DNA of 64,000 bases from Candidatus Omnitrophota bacterium (GTDB taxonomy: Bacteria > Omnitrophota > Gorgyraeia > Zapsychrales > Fredricksoniimonadaceae), in assembly GCA_903908245.1 (NCBI GenBank), contig CAIVRE010000018.1, positions 2,876 to 66,875 on the forward strand, in the 5' to 3' direction. Below the pieces are notes generated by a model, which had not been told where the DNA came from, did not search any database, and was given only the letters and a program-made list of their open reading frames with translations. This document shows, piece by piece, positions 60,475 to 64,000 of the stretch. The position numbers and the translations under genes are program-made. Numbering within the stretch: position 1 is the first letter of the stretch; each line of letters opens with the position of its first letter.

Positions 60475-61865
60475 GGATCGTTTTCGTTGCGTCAGAAGTT
60501 CTTCCTTTTGCCAAGACCGGCGGGTTGGCCGATGTATGCGGAGCATTGCCGCTGGAGCTTGAAGCCGCCGGCCATGAGCTGTTGATCATAATGCCTTATT
60601 ATAAAGAGGTTGGGACAAAGCCTTCCTTTAATGACCGGGCCTGCGTTGATACCGTCGGCAAGGGGGTTAAGGTTTATTTTATCAAGAATAAGGCGTTCTT
60701 TGGCCGTTCAAGCCTTTATGGCGAGAATATGAATGATTATCCCGATAATCTGGAAAGGTTCGCATTTTTCTGCCGCGAAACATTGGAGTTGTTAAAAGAC
60801 ATCGGCCAGCCTGTTGATATCATTCACTGTCACGATTGGCAGACCGGTCTTCTTCCGGTCCTGTTGAAGGATCCTTATTTGAATGATCCGTTCTTTGTGC
60901 AGACAAAGACTGTTTTTACCATTCACAACCTGGCGTATCAAGGCGTCTTTCCGAAAGAGGAATATGCGAAGCTCGGTGTTGACGCAAGATTCTTCAATGA
61001 CGGGCAGGTTGAATTCTACGGGAAGGTGAACCTGATGAAGGCCGGCATCGTCTTTAGCGATTATGTGACGACGGTCAGCCCTCAGTATGCCAAAGAGATC
61101 CAGACCAAAGAATGGGGTTGCGGATTGGAAGGTGTCTTGCAGGAAAGGAAGGGGCGGATCGTCGGGATACTCAATGGCCTCGATTATGAGCGCTGGGATC
61201 CCGGTCATGACGGGTTCATTGATCCGTCCTATACGCCGCAGGACCAGCTGGCGAAGAAGATCCATAAGGTAAAATTGCAAAAGATCTCCGGATTGCCGGT
61301 GATGTCGGATATCCCTGTCCTGGGTTTTGTCGGCCGGCTTTGTTATCAGAAGGGGTTTGACCTTGTCGCAAGTTCTTTTGAAGGGTTGGTCCAGCGTCCG
61401 ATACAGATGGTGTTCCTGGGCGTGGGGGAAAAGAAATATCAGGACCTGTTGAAAAAGCTGGCCAGGAACAACCCCGGGCGGTTCGCAGTCCATGTCAAGT
61501 ATGATGAGGACATCGCGCATCAGGTTTACGCGGGGTCGGATTTTTTTCTGATGCCTTCCGTGTATGAGCCCTGCGGGCTTACGCAGATGATCGCGTTGCG
61601 TTATGGCGCTATTCCCATCGTTTCCGGGGTAGGCGGGTTCCTCGACACGGTGTTTGATTTCGTTTCAAATAAAAAACAGGGTAATGGCCTTGTCCTGCCT
61701 TCGTACAGTGTTTCCGGTTTGCTCGAATCCGTTGATCGCGCGCTCGGGTTCTATAACCAGAAAGATAAATTCGCCGTTATGATCGCTCATGCCATGAATT
61801 GCCGTTTTACCTGGGCTGAAGCGGTCAAACATTATATTGAGGTTTATAACGAATGCCGGTCATAG
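60471..61865 (+). CDS. glgA: glycogen (starch) synthase, ADP-glucose type
   Basis: N-terminal KTGGLADV motif (KxGGL), a GT-B fold, and HCHDWQT. Confidence 0.85.
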   Translation: MRIVFVASEVLPFAKTGGLADVCGALPLELEAAGHELLIIMPYYKEVGTKPSFNDRACVDTVGKGVKVYFIKNKAFFGRSSLYGENMNDYPDNLERFAFFCRETLELLKDIGQPVDIIHCHDWQTGLLPVLLKDPYLNDPFFVQTKTVFTIHNLAYQGVFPKEEYAKLGVDARFFNDGQVEFYGKVNLMKAGIVFSDYVTTVSPQYAKEIQTKEWGCGLEGVLQERKGRIVGILNGLDYERWDPGHDGFIDPSYTPQDQLAKKIHKVKLQKISGLPVMSDIPVLGFVGRLCYQKGFDLVASSFEGLVQRPIQMVFLGVGEKKYQDLLKKLARNNPGRFAVHVKYDEDIAHQVYAGSDFFLMPSVYEPCGLTQMIALRYGAIPIVSGVGGFLDTVFDFVSNKKQGNGLVLPSYSVSGLLESVDRALGFYNQKDKFAVMIAHAMNCRFTWAEAVKHYIEVYNECRS

Positions 61866-62464
61866 GGGTTACGGGCAGTTTTGGGTCGGGTAAAAGCACG
61901 GTCGCCGGGATGTTCGGCCGGCGCGGGGCATTGGTGTTCGATGCGGATAAGGCGGTCCATGAGCTGTTAAAAGGGCCGGGGCCGGCGGTCAGGGCTGTTG
62001 TAAAGATATTCGGGCCGCAGATCTGTTCGTCGGGAGGGATCGATCGCGTAAAACTTGCCCGGCTTGTTTTTAATGACAGGACAAAGTTGAAGGCCCTGAC
62101 GGACATTTTGCATCCTTTCGCCAGGCGCCAGGCTTTGATGTTCATTCGCCGTGAGGACCGCCGACGGATGTTGGTGATGGATGTTCCGCTGCTCATCGAG
62201 TCCGGATGGGACAAGCTGGTGGATGTGGTCGTGGTGGTCAAAGCGGCGCAAAAAGAGCAGCTGGAGCGTTTGTTCAAACGGTCGGGAACGGGCAGAGCCC
62301 AGGCGTTGAAGCGTATCAGGATGCAGATGTCTCTTAGGACAAAAATCAAATTCGCGGACTATGTCGTCGATAATAACGGCACGCTGTCTGATACAAATAT
62401 ACAGGTTCAGGCGATCATTAAAGAACTTACAGAAAAGCAACGACTAATCGGGAGAAGTGTATGA
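61853..62464 (+). CDS. coaE: dephospho-CoA kinase
   Basis: The P-loop [13 protein letters not shown] at the N-terminus, and 203 aa. Confidence 0.8.
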   Translation: MPVIGVTGSFGSGKSTVAGMFGRRGALVFDADKAVHELLKGPGPAVRAVVKIFGPQICSSGGIDRVKLARLVFNDRTKLKALTDILHPFARRQALMFIRREDRRRMLVMDVPLLIESGWDKLVDVVVVVKAAQKEQLERLFKRSGTGRAQALKRIRMQMSLRTKIKFADYVVDNNGTLSDTNIQVQAIIKELTEKQRLIGRSV

Positions 62465-63849
62465 CAAAGGAAAAGAACGGGACCAAAGCCAATGCCGAGC
62501 TTGAGGAGAACGGGGCGGCGGTGGTGTCTTCGACCGTAACGGCGGCCGCGCCGGCAGCACCGGTAGTATCGGCAGCTATGGCGGGTGGTAATGGCAAGGC
62601 CCTGAATATCGAGGTCCTTAAGGAAATGAAGATGGGGGATCTTTCCAAGATCGCCCAGGGTTTTAATGTGGAGGGGGTCAGTGCGCTTAAAAAGCAGGAC
62701 CTGATCTTCAAGATCCTTCAGGCGCAGGCGGAGAAAGAGGGCCTTATGTTCGGCTCCGGAGTGCTTGAGATCCTGACCGAAGGGTTCGGGTTCCTTCGCA
62801 GCTACAAATATAATTATCTGCCCTGCCCTGATGATATTTATATTTCTCCATCGCAGATCCGGCGTTTTGATCTGAAGACCGGAGACACGGTGAGCGGGCA
62901 GATCCGGCCTCCCAAGGAAGGCGAGAAATATTTCGCGCTGCTTAAGGTGGAAGCGGTCAATTTTGAGAATCCCGAGAAGGCCAAGGACAAGATCCTGTTC
63001 GATAATCTTACGCCGTTGTACCCGAATCAGCATCTCAAGCTTGAGACGGCCCCCAATGAGATCTCGACCCGTGTCCTTGACCTCCTTGCGCCTATCGGCA
63101 AAGGCCAGCGCGCGCTTTTTGTGGCGCCGCCCTATAGTGGCAAGACGGTGCTCTTGCAGAAGGTCGCGAACGCCATTACGATCAATCATCCGGAAGTTGT
63201 GATGATCGTTCTTCTGATCGATGAGCGCCCTGAAGAGGTCACGGATATGCAGCGCTCGGTCAAGGCCGAGGTCGTCTCCTCCACGTTCGATGAACCGGCC
63301 GAGCGTCATGTCCAGGTGGCCGAGATCGTGATCGAGAAGGCCAAGCGTCTGGTCGAGCATAAGCGTGATGTGGTCATTCTGCTGGATTCCATCACACGCC
63401 TGGCGCGTGCGTATAATACGGTCGTGCCGCATTCGGGCAAGATCCTTTCCGGTGGTGTTGATTCCAATGCCCTTCATAAACCGAAGAGGTTCTTTGGTGC
63501 CGCGAGGAATATTGAAGAAGGCGGCTCTTTGACCATTATTGCAACAGCGCTGGTCGATACCGGCAGCCGAATGGACGAAGTTATTTTTGAAGAGTTCAAG
63601 GGGACTGGCAATATGGAGCTTCAGCTCGACCGAACGCTTTTTCAGCGCCGTATCTATCCGGCGATCGATATCAAGCGCTCCAATACTCGCCATGAGGAGC
63701 TTCTGGTGGACAAGGATACCCTGCAACGGGTCTGGCTTTTACGCAAGGCGCTCAACGACCTCAATTCCGCGGAAGCGATGGAGCTTTTGATCGGAAAGAT
63801 GGCGCAATCCAAGAACAATGTGGAGTTCTTGCAAAATATGAACAGATAG
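62461..63849 (+). CDS. rho: transcription termination factor Rho
   Basis: OB-fold RNA-binding domain, Walker A APPYSGKT, and the Q- and R-loops, and it ends in ...[10 protein letters not shown]. It carries an N-terminal extension of about 45 aa rich in Ala/Val/Thr. Confidence 0.95.
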   Translation: MTKEKNGTKANAELEENGAAVVSSTVTAAAPAAPVVSAAMAGGNGKALNIEVLKEMKMGDLSKIAQGFNVEGVSALKKQDLIFKILQAQAEKEGLMFGSGVLEILTEGFGFLRSYKYNYLPCPDDIYISPSQIRRFDLKTGDTVSGQIRPPKEGEKYFALLKVEAVNFENPEKAKDKILFDNLTPLYPNQHLKLETAPNEISTRVLDLLAPIGKGQRALFVAPPYSGKTVLLQKVANAITINHPEVVMIVLLIDERPEEVTDMQRSVKAEVVSSTFDEPAERHVQVAEIVIEKAKRLVEHKRDVVILLDSITRLARAYNTVVPHSGKILSGGVDSNALHKPKRFFGAARNIEEGGSLTIIATALVDTGSRMDEVIFEEFKGTGNMELQLDRTLFQRRIYPAIDIKRSNTRHEELLVDKDTLQRVWLLRKALNDLNSAEAMELLIGKMAQSKNNVEFLQNMNR

Positions 63850-63902
63850 TATATAATTCGGCACTAAATTCGATACTAAACAAATGCAAGGGGAAAAGTC
63901 CA

Positions 63903-64000
63903 ATGAAAGCCGCGATCCATCCTGACTACACGGATACAACCATTACCTGCGCCTGCGGTAAAGTTTTTCATACCCGCGCGACGAAAAAGAATATGCGCGT
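63903..64000 (+). CDS. rpmE: 50S ribosomal protein L31 (5' partial, runs off the window)
   Basis: MKAAIHPDYTDTTITCACGKVFHTRATKKNMR matches the L31 N-terminus with its CxC zinc ribbon half. Rho-rpmE adjacency is common. Confidence 0.7.
   Translation, partial: MKAAIHPDYTDTTITCACGKVFHTRATKKNMR

Overview
This window is a 64 kb segment of a bacterial chromosome at roughly 55-60% GC. It is densely packed, and almost every gene is on the + strand. I found no rRNA, CRISPR array, IS element or phage gene; the only non-coding gene is one tRNA-Pro(CGG).

Gene content, in order:
- An orphan Flp-type pilin and two small envelope proteins.
- rpsO-pnp, with a textbook sigma70 promoter and a terminator hairpin.
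- ftsK, a rodZ-like gene, rimO, pgsA-pgpA, a Bax-inhibitor/YccA-family protein and cinA/pncC (minus strand).
- A riboflavin operon in an unusual order: ribBA-ribH-nusB-PHP-ribD-ribE.
- fabZ, tRNA-Pro, a DUF3592 protein, acyP, ligA, a lipoprotein, xerD, a short CCA/poly(A)-polymerase-family nucleotidyltransferase, then rbfA-nrnA-truB-ribF.
- A remodelled dcw (division/cell-wall) cluster: mraZ, a small protein, rsmH-ftsL-ftsI, a membrane protein, murE-murF-mraY-murD-ftsW-murG, a peptidase-like gene, a murC-ddl fusion, then ftsQ-ftsA.
- A CheY-like receiver, queA, an MbfA-like erythrin-VIT1 iron transporter and tgt.
- A marR-OMF-RND-MFS efflux locus.
- trmD-rplS-rnhB-yraN, an FTCD-like gene with folD, a degenerate flavin oxidoreductase-like gene, a TPR protein, polA, glgA, coaE, rho and the start of rpmE.

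The most interesting region is the dcw cluster. It carries three non-canonical genes, each translationally coupled to a conserved neighbour:
- a small Cys/His protein between mraZ and rsmH;
- a 510-aa polytopic membrane protein with a DExxxY first-loop motif, which looks like a GT-C glycosyltransferase, sitting in a low-GC stretch between ftsI and murE;
- a secreted protein with an HEXXH-X18-E (gluzincin-type) motif between murG and murC.

The same cluster has a MurC-Ddl fusion, no murB, and no ftsZ after ftsA. A convergent small membrane protein and a lone CheY-like receiver occupy the place ftsZ would normally take.

All functional calls come from motif and architecture recognition by eye. 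I ran no database searches.
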